From the IMG/VR virus record IMGVR_UViG_3300010413_000041, positions 1 to 55,141 of that record: 55,141 bases of DNA; one strand, 5' to 3'. Positions within the stretch are counted from its first letter, which is position 1; each line of letters opens with the position of its first letter. Under the pieces are notes generated by a model that saw only the letters and a program-made list of their open reading frames with translations, did no database searches and was not told the origin of the DNA. This document shows, one piece after another, positions 54,541 through 55,141 of this stretch. The stretch comes from a virus. Taxonomy: Duplodnaviria > Caudoviricetes. A program made the position numbers and the translations under genes.

Positions 54541-55141
54541 CTACAATCTCCTTGGCTTTGCCAAATAAATGGGATACCAACTCCCCTCCATTATACGATC
54601 TTCCCAAGATCCATATCTTGATCTTGTCACCCATCTTCCAAATAGCCCTCAAAAACGCTCCTTGGTCTTGATCCTCATACCTCGACCATTCCGCACGCCA
54701 CAAATCGAAGAGATCCAACATAGCCCCAGATCTCCCAAAATACATCACTCCACATTGCAACTGCACCGGACAATATCCCAATAGTTCCAACGTCTCTCTT
54801 CTCTCCTCTTCCCCGATATGCCACAACACATCTTTATAATCCTGCTGGGTACTGACCGTTATAGCCAGATCCCACCCATCCTCAATCATCTCAAACCCAC
54901 GTATTCTCGTATCCGCATCCAAATATAATGTTCTAGCAAATGGGCTCACTTTATCTAAATTCACCTTCGCCCACCTCCCTCCCCCATCGATCCTCGCCAT
55001 ATCTATAAACTCAACTCCCAAGATCCCATCAATCCTGACATCTCCTATCAATACCACAGGCAAACTCGGATGATATCTCCGCAGAGATGCTATCGACATC
55101 TCTGCCTCTCTTCTAGCACGATCCCCATAGGCGATATACAC
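54533..55141 (-). CDS. GT-A glycosyltransferase (same gene as 1-426 across the circular join)
   Basis: YIAYG, S..SLR, LYLDADT, QCGVMYF, QDQGAFLRA. Confidence 0.85.
   Translation of the reverse strand: MYIAYGDRARREAEMSIASLRRYHPSLPVVLIGDVRIDGILGVEFIDMARIDGGGRWAKVNLDKVSPFARTLYLDADTRIRGFEMIEDGWDLAITVSTQQDYKDVLWHIGEEERRETLELLGYCPVQLQCGVMYFGRSGAMLDLFDLWRAEWSRYEDQDQGAFLRAIWKMGDKIKIWILGRSYNGGELVSHLFGKAKEIVDA
54752..55141. repeat. Right copy of imperfect terminal direct repeat
   Basis: Matches 1-405 with a 15-bp deletion and SNPs. Confidence 0.95.

Noticed and set aside
468-54784. Numerous plus-strand ORFs in the track (e.g. 3003-3470, 37348-37983, 43877-44515)
   Set aside because: Antisense shadows of well-supported minus-strand genes, with low-complexity Ser/Pro/Ile-rich translations.

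Overview
The window is an apparently complete, circularly permuted ~54.75-kb tailed (siphovirus-like, HK97-fold) phage genome. Its ends overlap by an imperfect ~400-bp direct repeat (1-405 vs 54752-55141). Essentially all real genes are on the minus strand. In transcription order: early small genes (37.1-31 kb); recombination/replication (Gp3-like annealing protein, primase, initiator, DnaB); radical SAM + PAPS-reductase-like pair; nucleases; a tRNA-like RNA; holin module; phosphoesterase; sulfotransferase; a repeat-fibre module; ParB-like + glycosyltransferase; TerS/TerL; portal; MuF; protease; capsid; decoration. After these come a 7-8 gene glycosyl/sulfo/methyl/phospho-transferase cluster wedged between head and neck genes, then neck, tail, tape measure, baseplate and endolysin. 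I recognised no integrase, repressor, polymerase or CRISPR array. A Chloroflexota host is hinted by one protein motif. Best leads: (1) a predicted -1 ribosomal frameshift (internal SD + A-AAA-AAA + pseudoknot) fusing the portal to the MuF/HExxH protein; (2) the glycan-building and capping operon inside the virion morphogenesis module; (3) a 121-nt tRNA-like RNA; (4) initiator-type iterons relocated to the late region and to the terminase promoter; (5) strong GATC over-representation in the segments counted. All assignments come from motif recognition by eye; no database searches were run.
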